From an uncultured Acidobacteriota bacterium (lineage in GTDB: Bacteria; Acidobacteriota; Vicinamibacteria; Vicinamibacterales; JAHECP01): a stretch of 64,000 nucleotides of DNA. Both the position numbers and the translations under genes were made by a program. A model generated the notes under the pieces. The model saw only the letters and a list, made by a program, of their open reading frames with translations, was not told the origin of the DNA and searched no databases. This document shows, piece after piece, positions 22,980 to 34,928 of the stretch; position 1 is the first letter of the stretch, and every line of letters starts with the position of its first letter. The DNA lies in NCBI GenBank assembly GCA_963812185.1, contig CAWEUE010000003.1:1610512-1674511 (forward strand), read 5' to 3'.

Positions 22980-24249
22980 AGAAGCTGAACCCCGCCGCGA
23001 CGTGCACGCGGGCGCCGTGGTGGAGGTCGTGGCCGACGTCGAGGTCGAAGCGGACGAGCGGCGCGGAGAGGAAAACGCCGCCGCCGACGCCCTGGTGGAA
23101 CGTGGCCGCCCGGAGGCTCGTGCCCGCCGCGAAGACCGCGCCGGTGTCGAAGAACACCTTCACGCCCGCGCGCCCCAGGCCCATCGGCGAGTCGAGCGGC
23201 ACGCGCAGCTCGATCGACGAGGCCGCCAGCTGGTCGCCGGCGTAGGCCCCGGCCCGATGCCCGCGCAGCGTGGCGGCGCCGCCGAGCAGCGGCTGCGCGA
23301 AGGCCGGCAGCGCCTCGCCCGCGCCCTCGTAGAGCGCGCGGACCGACAGCACCATCTGCCCGATCAGGCCGAGGTAGCCCCGCCCCTCGAGCGTGTAGGT
23401 GTGCGCCGTGCGCGGCGCGCTCCGAAAAGACGACGCCCGCCACGCCGCGCGCGCCAGGACGGCGTTGCGTGGAAACGCCGGGTCGGTGCGCGTGTCCAGC
23501 GTGAGGTCGACGCCGGCGCTCGTCACGCGGTCCTCGACGCCGCCGAAGGTCACGCGGGCCCACCGCACCTCGGCGCCGGCGGTGAGGCCGCCCGCCATCT
23601 CGCGCTCGCCGCGCGCCCACGCCTCGACGCGGTGGTCGTCGAGGTCGAAGTGCGGGTTCTGCCGCGTCCACACGGCGAGCCCGCCGCTCACGCGGCCCAG
23701 CCGGGCGCGCGTGAACGCGCGGTCGATCTCGATCGCCGCCCGCCTCTCGCCGCCCCACGTGAGCGGCACCGAGACGCGCGCGCCGCGGCCCGGCCAGTCC
23801 ACGAGGCTGGCGCGCCCGCCGTAGGTGAAGCCGTACTCCTCGGTGTAGTCCAGGACGGGCAGGAGCATCAGCCGGCGGGCCGCCGTCCTGAAGGGCCGGA
23901 CGAGCGGGCTGCCGCCCGGCGGCACGTCCTTCTCGGTGACGAGGACGACGAGCACGGCGTGGGTCGCGTCAGTCAGCGACTGGAAGCGCGCCTTGACCTC
24001 GGCCGCAGCGAACCGCCCGCTCGCGCGCAGCCGGTCCTCCGCCTGCTGGAGCGCGGCGGCGTCGAGCGCGTCACCCACCCGCAGCCCCGTGAGCTCGATC
24101 ACCTCGGCGTCGGGCGTGCGGTAGTTGCCGTGGACGCGGAACGCGGACACGACCGCGGCGGCCGGGGCCTGGCCGGCGGCCGGCAGGGCGAGGAGGACCG
24201 CGACGAGGGCCGCGGGCCACAGGAGGCGGGCGCGCGCGAGGCGGGACAT
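22978..24249 (-). CDS. Omp85/BamA-TamA family outer-membrane protein (one POTRA-like region plus surface-antigen beta-barrel)
   Basis: 423 aa with signal peptide MSRLARARLLWPAALVAVLLALPAAGQA and a POTRA-like region (FRVHGNYRTPDAEVIELTGLRVGD). Beta-strand-rich alternating sequence follows. The terminal ...HVAAGFSF has the aromatic C-terminus typical of OMPs. Confidence 0.8.
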   Translation of the reverse strand: MSRLARARLLWPAALVAVLLALPAAGQAPAAAVVSAFRVHGNYRTPDAEVIELTGLRVGDALDAAALQQAEDRLRASGRFAAAEVKARFQSLTDATHAVLVVLVTEKDVPPGGSPLVRPFRTAARRLMLLPVLDYTEEYGFTYGGRASLVDWPGRGARVSVPLTWGGERRAAIEIDRAFTRARLGRVSGGLAVWTRQNPHFDLDDHRVEAWARGEREMAGGLTAGAEVRWARVTFGGVEDRVTSAGVDLTLDTRTDPAFPRNAVLARAAWRASSFRSAPRTAHTYTLEGRGYLGLIGQMVLSVRALYEGAGEALPAFAQPLLGGAATLRGHRAGAYAGDQLAASSIELRVPLDSPMGLGRAGVKVFFDTGAVFAAGTSLRAATFHQGVGGGVFLSAPLVRFDLDVGHDLHHGARVHVAAGFSF

Positions 24250-24250
24250 G

Positions 24251-25165
24251 TCAGCGCCCCGGCCCTTTCTTGATCCGCGTCGTCACGTCCGCCCGCCGGT
24301 AGTCGTGGAACACGCGCGTGTAGCGGAGCTGGAACGTGCCGCTGGCGAGCGTCATGGCGCCCGACATCGCGATCTCGCGCGGCAGCCACACGCCGGGAAA
24401 CGGCTGCCCCATCGTCATCGACGCCTCGAGGTCGTCGAGGTGCACGAGCCAGCGCCCGGGCAGGAAGCCGAAGCCGACGTTGTCCAGCGTGTACTTGACG
24501 ATCTGGCGCTCGTCGGGATCGATCCACAAGGTCACCATCACGACCTTGTCCATCTTCTCGACCACCTGGCGCCCCTCGTCTTCGCCGTCGGCATCCTCCT
24601 CGTCGGCGAAGAAGCGCTTCGGGTAGTACTCGATGCGCACCACCGGACGGCCCTCGAACGTCTCGCGGCCGGCGAGGTAGTAGTTGCCGGCTTCGTACGG
24701 CAGGTGGAGGAAGTACGCCTCCGAGATGAGACGCGGCTCGAAGCCGCGCAGGCCCCGCCGGTCCCGGCCCCGCCGGGCGTCTTTGCCCGCGTCGGCCGGA
24801 CTCCGGTCCAGGCGGGCCTGCCGCTCCTCCTCCTGGCGGAGCCATCGATCCTCGTACGCGCGGCGCTCGGCCTCGTCGAGCTTCACCCCGTTGTACTCGA
24901 GCGGGCTGCGCACCAGGAGGCCGTCGCGCAGATACCAGGTGTACTCGCGCCGGAAGCCCTCGATCGGGATCCGGCCCGGCCCGTGCACCTCGAGCCGCTC
25001 GGTCTCGTCGAGCACGTATTCCCGCAGCTTCTTCCAGTTGTCGTCGCGACGCTCGAGGACCTGCTTCATCAGCAGGTCGAGATCGGTCGGCGCCTGCCGC
25101 GCGGCGGGCACGGCGGGCGGCGCGAGGACGGCCAGCAGCGCGCAGGCTGCGGCCACGGACGGCAT
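24251..25165 (-). CDS. hypothetical secreted protein, co-transcribed with the Omp85 gene; paralogue of the 516..1355 product
   Basis: MPSVAAACALLAVLAPPAVPAARQ is a signal peptide. Its stop (24251) lies 2 nt from the Omp85 start (24249). It shares its layout with the 516..1355 product: ...NG.K...; F....Y.L..RE...G...; W.D.D..Q.V; G.WLP. Confidence 0.6.
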   Translation of the reverse strand: MPSVAAACALLAVLAPPAVPAARQAPTDLDLLMKQVLERRDDNWKKLREYVLDETERLEVHGPGRIPIEGFRREYTWYLRDGLLVRSPLEYNGVKLDEAERRAYEDRWLRQEEERQARLDRSPADAGKDARRGRDRRGLRGFEPRLISEAYFLHLPYEAGNYYLAGRETFEGRPVVRIEYYPKRFFADEEDADGEDEGRQVVEKMDKVVMVTLWIDPDERQIVKYTLDNVGFGFLPGRWLVHLDDLEASMTMGQPFPGVWLPREIAMSGAMTLASGTFQLRYTRVFHDYRRADVTTRIKKGPGR

Positions 25166-25429
25166 CGGGACGCGGACGCGATGGACGGGCACGTGGGCCT
25201 CCGGTAGGCGGGCAGGTCTGAAAGCTGGATACGGAGGAGTTGGCCTGGAAGTTCGGCGCCGCCGACGCATGCTGCCGAAAATCCGGCACCGTGTATCGGC
25301 GTGCCGTCACTCGACAGCCCGGTCTGGCCGACGGCATCAGAACTGGCCTCACTCCGGGGGCCGGCGCCGTCTGGCCCGCGATCGCGGGTCCTCGCGCGCT
25401 GGCGCTGGGCTTGCACCCTCTTGCGGCAT

Positions 25430-26563
25430 ATGAAGACCCGCGTGTTCGCGCGCGAGGAACTTCACGCCTTGCTCGAAGCCCTCGCCGAGCAGTTCGGCTC
25501 CATCATCGGCCCCACCGTTCGCGACGGCGCGATCGTGCTCGACGAGATCGCCTCCGACGCGGATCTGCCCGCCGGTTGGACGGACGAGCAGCAGCCGGGC
25601 CGCTACCGCGTCGGCTGGCGCGACGACGAGGCCGTGTTCGGCTTCGTGGTCGGCCCGCACGCGTGGAAGCGGTTCCTGGCGCCGCCCGAGACGCGCGTCT
25701 GGACCGCCCGCCGGGAGGACGGACGCCTGCGGTTCGAGCCGGACGGCGCGCCGCCGCGTCCGCTGGCGTTCCTGGGCGTGCGGCCGTGCGACCTGGCCGC
25801 GCTGGACATCCTCGACCGCGTCTACCTGCAGGGCCCCTACGTGGACCCGGACTACCGCGCGCGTCGGGAGGCCGTCGGCATCGTCGCGGTCAACTGCACG
25901 GCGCCGGGCGGCACGTGCTTCTGCGCGTCGATGGGCACCGGCCCGCGGGCGAGCGCCGGATTCGACCTGGCGCTGACCGAGATCGTCGGCGACGGCCGCC
26001 ACGAGTTCGTCGCCGAGGCCGGCACGCCGCGCGGGGAGGCCTGGCTCGACCGCGTGCCCTCGCGCGAGGCCACCGACGAGGATCGCGCGGGGGTCACGCG
26101 CGCGCTCGAGGCGGCCGCCGGACGCATGGGCCGGCAACTCGACACGGCAGGTCTCGCCGATCGTCTCTACGACAACCTCGACCACGAGGCGTGGGACGAC
26201 GTGGCGGCGCGGTGCCTGATGTGCGGCAACTGCACCCTCGTCTGCCCGACGTGCTTCTGCTCGCTGACCGAGGACCGCACGCGCCTCGGCGACGGCACGT
26301 CCGAGCGCTGGAAGAAGTGGGACTCGTGCTTCTCGCGCGAGCACTCTTACATCCACGGCGGGTTCATGCGAGCGACCGGACGGTCCCGCTACCGGCAGTG
26401 GCTCACGCACAAGCTGGCCGGCTGGCTGGACCAGTTCGGCACGAGCGGCTGCGTCGGCTGCGGCCGCTGCATCACCTGGTGCCCGGCCGGCATCGACATC
26501 ACGGAAGAAGCCGCGCGCATCCGCGGCGATGAAGATCCCGTCGCGCAGGAGACACGCCGATGA
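25430..26563 (+). CDS. hyhB: group-3b-type hydrogenase beta subunit (AsrA-like 4Fe-4S protein)
   Basis: ATG at 25430 ([11 protein letters not shown]...). Cys clusters [31 protein letters not shown] and [17 protein letters not shown] are present. It is the first gene of the hydrogenase operon. Confidence 0.75.
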   Translation: MKTRVFAREELHALLEALAEQFGSIIGPTVRDGAIVLDEIASDADLPAGWTDEQQPGRYRVGWRDDEAVFGFVVGPHAWKRFLAPPETRVWTARREDGRLRFEPDGAPPRPLAFLGVRPCDLAALDILDRVYLQGPYVDPDYRARREAVGIVAVNCTAPGGTCFCASMGTGPRASAGFDLALTEIVGDGRHEFVAEAGTPRGEAWLDRVPSREATDEDRAGVTRALEAAAGRMGRQLDTAGLADRLYDNLDHEAWDDVAARCLMCGNCTLVCPTCFCSLTEDRTRLGDGTSERWKKWDSCFSREHSYIHGGFMRATGRSRYRQWLTHKLAGWLDQFGTSGCVGCGRCITWCPAGIDITEEAARIRGDEDPVAQETRR

Positions 26564-27027
26564 AAACGATTGACGTCCTGCTTGCCGAACATCGCTTCTT
26601 CGAAGGGATGGCGCCCGGCTACCTCGAGTTCATCGCGGGGTGCGGGCGCAACGTGCAGTTCGAGCCGGGCCGCTACATCCACCGGGAGGGCCAGGAGGCG
26701 AACGAGTTCTACGCCATCCGGCACGGCAAGGTGGCGCTGGAGATCTTCGTGCCGGGCCGCGGCCCGGTGACGCTGCAGACGCTCGACGAGGGCGAGGTCT
26801 TCGGCTGGTCGTGGATCTTTCCGCCCTACAAGTGGGTCTTCGACGCGCGGGCCGTGGAGCTCACCCGCGCCGTGGCGTTCGACGGCGTGTGTCTGCGCAC
26901 CAAGTGCGAGCACGACCCGAAGCTCGGCTACGACTTCATGAAGCGCTTCGCGCAGGTCGTGGCGAGCCGTCTCGAGGTGGCGCGGCTGCAGCTGCTCGAC
27001 GTGTACGGCACCGTCGAGCGCCGGTAG
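26560..27027 (+). CDS. stand-alone cyclic-nucleotide-binding domain protein
   Basis: 155 aa. FFEGM...[23 protein letters not shown]...[11 protein letters not shown] matches the cNMP-binding beta-barrel pattern. No HTH or other output domain. Its start overlaps the hyhB stop (ATGA). Confidence 0.8.
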   Translation: MKTIDVLLAEHRFFEGMAPGYLEFIAGCGRNVQFEPGRYIHREGQEANEFYAIRHGKVALEIFVPGRGPVTLQTLDEGEVFGWSWIFPPYKWVFDARAVELTRAVAFDGVCLRTKCEHDPKLGYDFMKRFAQVVASRLEVARLQLLDVYGTVERR

Positions 27028-27035
27028 GAGGAGTC

Positions 27036-27923
27036 ATGGCCGAGTCTGCGATGACCCGCGGGGCACGGGCGTCCCTCCAGCATCCGGCGGCGGGACCGCC
27101 CGCCGGGCTCGTGCCGGCGAGCTTCCGCGTGACCAGCCTGCGCCGCGAGACGCGGGACACCTTCACCCTGGAGCTGGTGCCCGCCGGCGGCGGCCCGGGC
27201 CTCGCGTTCGCGCCCGGGCAGTTCAACATGCTCTACGTCTTCGGGGTGGGCGAGGTGCCCATCTCGATCAGCGGCGACCCGGCCCGCCCGGCGACGCTGG
27301 TCCACACGGTCCGGTCGGTCGGCGCGGTGACGCGCGCGCTGTGCGCGATGCGCAAGGGCGACGTGGTCGGCGTGCGCGGGCCGTTCGGCACGTCGTGGCC
27401 CGTGGACGAAGCCGCGGGCCTGGACGTCCTGGTCGTGGCGGGCGGCATCGGCATCGCGCCGGTGCGGCCGATCCTGCACCAGGTCCTGGCGCAGCGCGCG
27501 CGCTACGGCCGCGTGGTGCTGCTCTACGGCGCCCGCACGCCCGCCGATCTGCTCTACACGCGCGACCTCGAGCACTGGCGGTCGCGGCTCGACGCCGAGA
27601 TCCGCGTCACGGTGGACACGGCCGACCGCACCTGGCGCGGCAACGTCGGCACGGTCGGCACGCTCATCGCGCACGCGCCGGTCGACGCGGAGCACGCCGT
27701 GGCGTTCGTCTGCGGCCCCGAGGTGATGATGCGGTTCGTGGCCATCGGGCTGCAGGGCCGCGGCATGGCCGGCCGCCAGATCTACGTGTCGATGGAGCGC
27801 AACATGAAGTGCGCGGTGGGCCTGTGCGGCCACTGCCAGATCGGTCCCTATTTCGTGTGCAAGGACGGCCCGGTCTTCGACCTGCCGCGTGTGAGGCCGT
27901 TCCTGACCGTGCGGGAGATGTGA
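27036..27923 (+). CDS. hyhG: group-3b-type hydrogenase gamma subunit (AsrB/PyrK-like FAD/NAD(P)-binding protein with 2Fe-2S site)
   Basis: ATG at 27036 follows aggagga. Motifs: [32 protein letters not shown], and C-terminal [23 protein letters not shown]. Confidence 0.85.
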   Translation: MAESAMTRGARASLQHPAAGPPAGLVPASFRVTSLRRETRDTFTLELVPAGGGPGLAFAPGQFNMLYVFGVGEVPISISGDPARPATLVHTVRSVGAVTRALCAMRKGDVVGVRGPFGTSWPVDEAAGLDVLVVAGGIGIAPVRPILHQVLAQRARYGRVVLLYGARTPADLLYTRDLEHWRSRLDAEIRVTVDTADRTWRGNVGTVGTLIAHAPVDAEHAVAFVCGPEVMMRFVAIGLQGRGMAGRQIYVSMERNMKCAVGLCGHCQIGPYFVCKDGPVFDLPRVRPFLTVREM

Positions 27924-28716
27924 TGGCAGCCCCACGCAAACCCAAGCTGGCGGTCTGGAAGTTCGCCTCGTGCGACGGCTGTCAGTTGAGCCTGCTCGAC
28001 TGCGAGGACGAGCTGCTCGACGTGGTCGGCGCCGTGGACATCGCGTACTTTCCCGAAGCCACGCGCGCCACCCTGCGCGGCCCGTACGACGTGTCCCTCG
28101 TCGAGGGATCGATCACGACCCTCGACGACATCCGCCGCATCGCGACGATCCGCAAGTCGTCGAAGCGGCTCGTCACGATCGGCGCCTGCGCCACGGCCGG
28201 CGGCATCCAGGCGCTGCGGAACTTCAAGGACGTGCACGAGATGGTCGGGGCCGTCTACGCGCGGCCCGACTACATCGAGACGCTCGACCGATCGCTCCCC
28301 ATCGCGCACTACGTGCCGGTGGACTTCGAGCTGCGGGGCTGCCCGATCAACAAGCGCCAGCTGCTCGAGCTGCTGAGCGCGCTGCTGGCGGGCCGGCGGC
28401 CGTCGTTCCCCGAGCACAGCGTCTGCATCGAATGCAAGCGCCGCGGCGCGGTCTGCGTGATGGTCGCGCAGGGCACGCCCTGCCTCGGCCCGATCACCCA
28501 CGCGGGCTGCGGGGCCATCTGCCCCGCGTTCGCCCGCGGCTGCTACGGCTGCTTCGGCCCCATGGAGACGCCCAACACCGCGTCGCTCGGCGAGCAATGG
28601 ACCGCGCTCGGCGTCCCGCCGGACGCGCAGGCGCGCGCGCTCAGGACCTTCAACGCCTGGGCCGAGCCGTTCCGGGCGGCCGCCGACACGGCGGCCGCGC
28701 GAAAGGACCGCCAGCC

Positions 28717-28720
<4 letters not shown>
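27923..28720 (+). CDS. hyhS: [NiFe] hydrogenase small (delta) subunit, cytosolic group-3 type
   Basis: [26 protein letters not shown]...[10 protein letters not shown]...CPINKRQLL...[13 protein letters not shown]...[19 protein letters not shown]. The start overlaps the previous stop. Confidence 0.85.
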
Positions 28721-30012
<1,292 letters not shown>

Positions 30013-30018
30013 CGACCG

Positions 30019-30522
30019 ATGGCTGACGCCCCACGGCCCACGGCTGACGCGGGCCCGCACGGGCGCATCCTCGTCGTGGGCGTCGGCAACGACGACCGCG
30101 GCGACGACGCGGCGGGGCTGGCCGTGGTGCGCCACCTGGCGGGACGGATCGGACCGGGCGTGTCGGTCGTCGAGGCCGGGACCGACCTGACGTCGCTGCT
30201 GGACGCCTGGCGGGGCGCGTCGGCCGTGGTCGTCGTGGACGCGATGACGTCGGGCGCCGCCCCCGGCACGCTCCGGCGGTTCGAGGCGACGTGGGTGCCC
30301 CTGCCCGCCCGCGCGTTCCGCGTCACGTCGTCGCACGCGTTCGGCGTGGCGGAGGTCATCGAGCTCGCCCGCGCGCTGGGACGCCTGCCGCCGCGCGTCG
30401 TCGTGTTCGGCATCGAGGCGGGGTGCGTCGATGCGGGCGCCGCCCTCAGCCCGGCGGTGAACGCCGCGGTGCGGGACGCCGTTTCGCGCGTGCTCGACGA
30501 GGTGCGATCCGCGACCGCGTGA
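30019..30522 (+). CDS. hydrogenase maturation endopeptidase (HycI/HoxW family)
   Basis: ILVVGVGNDDRGDDAAGLAVVRHL...VVVVDAM...SSHAFGVAEVIELA, located immediately after the large subunit. Confidence 0.8.
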   Translation: MADAPRPTADAGPHGRILVVGVGNDDRGDDAAGLAVVRHLAGRIGPGVSVVEAGTDLTSLLDAWRGASAVVVVDAMTSGAAPGTLRRFEATWVPLPARAFRVTSSHAFGVAEVIELARALGRLPPRVVVFGIEAGCVDAGAALSPAVNAAVRDAVSRVLDEVRSATA

Positions 30523-30534
30523 CCACCGGCGTCC

Positions 30535-31899
30535 GTGCTACGATGCTTCGTGCCGTTCACCTCGCTGCACCTGCATTCCAGCCTGCTGCAGGGCTTGAAG
30601 GAGCTGGGCTTCGCCCGGCCCACGCCCATCCAGGCCGACGCCATCCCTCCCGCGCTCGCCGGCCGCGACGTGCTCGCGAGCGCCATGACCGGCAGCGGCA
30701 AGACCGCGGCGTTCCTGCTGCCGATCCTCCACAAGCTGCTCGGGAAGCCGCGCGGCACGACGCGCGCGCTGGTGATCACGCCGACGCGCGAGCTGGCGGC
30801 GCAGATCCTGGAAGATCTGCGCGGCCTGGCCGTGCACACGCCGGTCACGGCCGCCGCCGTCTTCGGCGGCGTCGGCATGGGACCGCAGGAGCACGCCTTC
30901 CGCGCGGGCGTGGACGTCATCGTCGGGACGCCCGGCCGCCTGCTCGATCACTTCCGGTCGTCGTACGCGAAGCTGGGGGGCCTGGAGTTCCTGGTGCTGG
31001 ACGAGGCGGATCGCATGCTGGACATGGGCTTCCTGCCCGAGATCCGCAAGGTGCTGCGCCACGTCCCGGCGCGCCGGCAGACGCTGTTCTTCAGCGCCAC
31101 CATGCCCGCGCCGATCGTCGAGCTCACGCGCGAGATGCTGCGCGACCCCGTCACGGTGAACCTCGGGCGGCCGTCGTCGCCGGCCGCGGGCATCCGGCAG
31201 GCGGTCTACCCGGTGCCGCAGGCGCTCAAACCGGCGCTGCTCGTCACGCTGCTGGAACGCGGCGAGATCGAGGACGCGCTCGTGTTCACGCGGACCAAGC
31301 ACCGCGCGGAGCGCCTGGCGCGGCACCTCGTCCAGCAAGGCGTCAAGGCGGACCGGATCCACGGCAACCGCTCCCAGCCGCAGCGGACGGCGGCCCTGGC
31401 CGCCTTCAAGGGCGGCGCGTCCCGCGTGCTCGTGGCCACCAACATCGCCGCGCGGGGCATCGACGTGGAGGCGCTCGGCCACGTCGTGAACTTCGACGTG
31501 CCGGCGGCGCCGGAGGACTACATCCACCGCGTCGGCCGCACGGCGCGCGCCGAGCTGACGGGGGACGCCTTCACGTTCATGGCGCCGGAGGAGGAAGGCG
31601 ACCTGCGGGCGATCGAGAAGGCCATCGGCCGGACGCTGCCGCGGGTGACCGTGCCGGACTTCGACTACCGCGCGCGCGACAGCGCGCGGCTCGAGGTGCC
31701 GCGAGCCGAGCGCATCGCGGCCATCCGCGCGCAGAAGGCCGTCGAGCGCGCGCGGGCGAAGGTGAACGCCGCCCGCCGGGCCGCGGCCGAGCGCGTGCGG
31801 CAGGGCGGGCCCAAGCCCGAGCCCGCCCCTTCGGGCGCGACGCCGGGCGGACGCCGCCGCCGCCGGCCGGGCCACCCGAGCCGCCGGCGCACGTTCTAG
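30535..31899 (+). CDS. rhlE: DEAD-box ATP-dependent RNA helicase (RhlE-like) with basic C-terminal tail
   Basis: Q-motif GFARPTPIQ, AMTGSGKT, PTRELA, VLDEADRMLDMGF, SAT, ARGIDV, HRVGRTAR. The C-terminal tail is Arg-rich. Confidence 0.9.
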   Translation: MLRCFVPFTSLHLHSSLLQGLKELGFARPTPIQADAIPPALAGRDVLASAMTGSGKTAAFLLPILHKLLGKPRGTTRALVITPTRELAAQILEDLRGLAVHTPVTAAAVFGGVGMGPQEHAFRAGVDVIVGTPGRLLDHFRSSYAKLGGLEFLVLDEADRMLDMGFLPEIRKVLRHVPARRQTLFFSATMPAPIVELTREMLRDPVTVNLGRPSSPAAGIRQAVYPVPQALKPALLVTLLERGEIEDALVFTRTKHRAERLARHLVQQGVKADRIHGNRSQPQRTAALAAFKGGASRVLVATNIAARGIDVEALGHVVNFDVPAAPEDYIHRVGRTARAELTGDAFTFMAPEEEGDLRAIEKAIGRTLPRVTVPDFDYRARDSARLEVPRAERIAAIRAQKAVERARAKVNAARRAAAERVRQGGPKPEPAPSGATPGGRRRRRPGHPSRRRTF

Positions 31900-31917
31900 C
31901 CGTCGGAGGAGCGCGGC

Positions 31918-32505
31918 ATGACGATCCTCTCGGCCTCGATCCTGCTCTTCCTCGTGATCGACCCGTTCGGCAACATCCCGTTCTTCCTGTCGGCGCTGAA
32001 GACGGTCGACCCGGCGCGCCACTCGCGCGTGATCGTGCGCGAGCTGCTGATCGCGCTGGGCGTGCTGGTGGCGTTCCTCTTCATGGGGCCCGGGCTGCTG
32101 CGCGCCATGCAGATCTCCGACCCGTCGCTGACCATCGGCGGCGGCATCATCCTGTTCCTGATCGCGCTGCGCATGGTCTTCCCCACCGCCTCGCACGTGG
32201 AAGCCGCGCTCGCCGGCGAGCCCTTCATCGTGCCGCTGGCCATCCCCTACGTCGCGGGGCCCTCGGCGCTCGCGGCGGTGCTCTTCATCACGAGCCGCGA
32301 GCCGGCGCGGCGGCTCGAGTGGCTGGCGGCGGTCGTCCTGGCGTGGTCCGCGGCGGCGGTCATCATCTTCGTCGCCAGCCGGCTCCGCCGCTTCCTCGGC
32401 GACCGCGGCCTCGTCGCCATGGAGCGCCTCATGGGCATGGTGCTCGTCGCCGTGGCCGTGCAGATGGTGATGGACGGCGTCGCCCGGTTCATGAAGACCC
32501 TGTGA
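31918..32505 (+). CDS. MarC family (UPF0056/NAAT) integral membrane protein
   Basis: MTILSASILLFLVIDPFGNIPFFLS... with six hydrophobic segments in 195 aa. Confidence 0.85.
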   Translation: MTILSASILLFLVIDPFGNIPFFLSALKTVDPARHSRVIVRELLIALGVLVAFLFMGPGLLRAMQISDPSLTIGGGIILFLIALRMVFPTASHVEAALAGEPFIVPLAIPYVAGPSALAAVLFITSREPARRLEWLAAVVLAWSAAAVIIFVASRLRRFLGDRGLVAMERLMGMVLVAVAVQMVMDGVARFMKTL

Positions 32506-32749
32506 CGCTCGCGCGGCATTTGCGATCACGTCAGGGCTCACGACGAAGGGCACGAGGAACACGAAGGAAGACCGTCACGCTGCGACCGTACCCCACGTCC
32601 ACCACGATGGCACGAAGACCGAGGCCGGCGACCTGCCGCCTGCGGCGTGGCGGCGCCGACACGCGCGCGGGCGAACACGGAATGCCGCGTGACAGCCTTC
32701 GTGCCTTCCGGCGCGAAGGCAGCCTTTGCGCCTTTGTGGTGACCGTGCG

Positions 32750-33145
32750 TCAGGGGCGGCGCCGCTCCTCCCAGCCGAAGGGGCGCCGCTCGGGGTCCGC
32801 GGCGAGCCCCGTCGACAAGCCCTCGACGGCGGCGTTCAGCTTGTAGACGCGCTCGACCAGGCGCTGCGCGACGCGCGGCGCGCGGCGGGACGCCGGCCGG
32901 GCGAGGTAGGCCTCGACGTTGGCGATGGCCGTCTGCACGGCGCCCTGGGCGGCGTGGCGCTCGCTCGGCGACCAGTGGCGCAGCACCCGCTCGTCGATGG
33001 CGTAGACGAGGTGCGTGAAGTGCCGCACGGCGCGCTCGACGCGCCGCGCGCCCGCCGACGGCCACACCCGCCCCAGCAGCCCCACGTCGGCGACGCGGTC
33101 GGCGGTCTGACAGATCTCCGCGAGGGAGAACGAGCGGTGGCTCAT
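32750..33145 (-). CDS. hypothetical protein (helical, no recognised family)
   Basis: The 131-aa ORF has ATG at 33145, 5 nt downstream of the esterase-like gene stop. Composition is coding-like. Support is weak. Confidence 0.4.
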   Translation of the reverse strand: MSHRSFSLAEICQTADRVADVGLLGRVWPSAGARRVERAVRHFTHLVYAIDERVLRHWSPSERHAAQGAVQTAIANVEAYLARPASRRAPRVAQRLVERVYKLNAAVEGLSTGLAADPERRPFGWEERRRP

Positions 33146-33149
33146 GCCG

Positions 33150-34823
33150 TCAGTAGTGCCAGGCCGCCAGGTTCGCGCCCGACGGCGCGGTGCGGCGGAG
33201 ATAGGCGTCCATCTTCTGGATGAGGTCGTCCGGCTTCGGCCCCCAGCAGTGCGGCGCGAGCGGCTGGAACACCACTTCCCCGCCGTAGGGCGGGTCGGTC
33301 GTCTGCTCCAGGAACCCGTCCAGCAAGTGCACGGCGTTGTTCAGGTAGTACGAGTCCATGTCCCCGATGTAGATGTGCAGCTTCCCGGCGAGCTTCGGGC
33401 CGAGCGTTGCCCACTTCGACTGGAGGATGTTCCGCAGGTCGTAGTACCGCCTCCAGTAGGCGGCCACCTCGTGGTCGATCCCGCCGCCGCGCTTGTCCCA
33501 GATGCGCTCCGGGTAGCCGTCGGCGCCCACCGGCCCGAACGTCGCCTCCCAGATGTCCCACTGGCCGCCCGATCGTGAGTGGTCCCCGGCGACGAGCTCG
33601 TACCAGTTCTCGTCCTTCATCATCGAGCGGACGGTGCCGTCGGGCCGCCGCGTGTCGGGCCGCTCGACCTTCGTCCAGCCCATGTCGATCCAGTACGCGT
33701 TGTCGTCGCCGTAGACGTCGACGATCTGGTGCGCGCGAAAGTCCACCGAGTCGGGGCAGCTCGCCCACGTGCCGCCGTAGAAGTCCGGGTAGAAGATCTG
33801 GTGCGCGAGCGCGATCCAGCCGCCCGTGGATCCCCCCGAGAGCAGCCGCGCCCACGGCTCGCGGATGACGCGGAAGCGGCGCTCCACCTCCGGAATCAGC
33901 TCCTGCATGATGGCGTCGCCGTACGGCCCGTTGTTCTCGGAGTTCACGCCGTACGAGTCGTCGTAGTAGGGCGACGGGTGCTGGAGCGTGACGTAGATGA
34001 AGCGCGGGGTCGCATCGGCGAGCCAGAGGCGATCGAAGTCGCCGCCGCCGCCGAACCGGTCCGGCGCCGCCGTCGAGAAGTGCCCCTGGATGTAGTTCAC
34101 CGGGTAGCGGACGTCCGGGTGCTCGTCGTAGCCGCGCGGCAGGAGCACGGTCGCGCCGAGGTAGATCGGCTGGCCCCACCACTTCGAGAGGATCTCGCTC
34201 TTGATCCTGAAGCGCTTCACGTACTGGGTGTCGGGCGGCGGCTCGATCGGCGGGATGACCTGATCGCACACGAGCCGCACGGGCGTCTCCTGCCGCGGGT
34301 CGAGGTGCACCTTCACCGGCGTCGAGTACAGGTTGCCCGGCGAGCGGCGCCAGTCCTGCCCCTCCCACTGGTCCATGTGCAGCCAGACCGTGTGGCCGTC
34401 GGCGCGCGGAAACCGCGTGTAGACGTTCACGAACGCCTGCACCCAGTAGTCGCCGGCCGGCAGGTCCCGCAGGCTCTGGAGCGGATGGCCGAAGGTGGAC
34501 GCGTCGATCACCGCGGTCCGGCCCGGCGCGAGGCCCTCGACGTCCGCGCCGAAGAGCGGCACGCCGGTCGGCCCGGCCTCCTGGATGGGCGGCCGCCGGT
34601 CGTCGCGGCTGATGGCCACGTACACGCGGCCCGTCACCGCCTCCGGCCGCGCGCCGGGGGCGAAGGCGATCTCGAAGCGCAGCCCACCGGCCTCGCGCGT
34701 GCCGGGGCGCGTCGCGGCCGACGTCGCGGCGATCAGGGCGAGCGCCGCCGCCAGCGCGCCCGCCGCCGCAACCGGCCGGCGGAGGGACGCGAACACACCA
34801 CGGAACCAAGTCGCGAGACGCAA
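33150..34823 (-). CDS. secreted esterase-like alpha/beta-hydrolase family protein (enterochelin-esterase-like)
   Basis: A likely TTG start at 34823 is preceded by gaaaggag. LRLATWFRGVFASLRRPVAAAGALAAALALIAATSAA is a signal peptide. ...LLSGGSTGGWIALAHQIFYPDFYGG is nucleophile-elbow-like. The ORF track extends to a GTG at 34877. Confidence 0.65.
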   Translation of the reverse strand: MRLATWFRGVFASLRRPVAAAGALAAALALIAATSAATRPGTREAGGLRFEIAFAPGARPEAVTGRVYVAISRDDRRPPIQEAGPTGVPLFGADVEGLAPGRTAVIDASTFGHPLQSLRDLPAGDYWVQAFVNVYTRFPRADGHTVWLHMDQWEGQDWRRSPGNLYSTPVKVHLDPRQETPVRLVCDQVIPPIEPPPDTQYVKRFRIKSEILSKWWGQPIYLGATVLLPRGYDEHPDVRYPVNYIQGHFSTAAPDRFGGGGDFDRLWLADATPRFIYVTLQHPSPYYDDSYGVNSENNGPYGDAIMQELIPEVERRFRVIREPWARLLSGGSTGGWIALAHQIFYPDFYGGTWASCPDSVDFRAHQIVDVYGDDNAYWIDMGWTKVERPDTRRPDGTVRSMMKDENWYELVAGDHSRSGGQWDIWEATFGPVGADGYPERIWDKRGGGIDHEVAAYWRRYYDLRNILQSKWATLGPKLAGKLHIYIGDMDSYYLNNAVHLLDGFLEQTTDPPYGGEVVFQPLAPHCWGPKPDDLIQKMDAYLRRTAPSGANLAAWHY

Positions 34824-34928
34824 GGAGTGCTCCTTTCCCGACCGAAGGCCGCCGGGGAGAGCCCCCGGGCAGGCCACCAGAGGATAGCCCGGGCGGGGCG
34901 GGCTGCCAAGAGCCGAGGCAGGAGTAGT

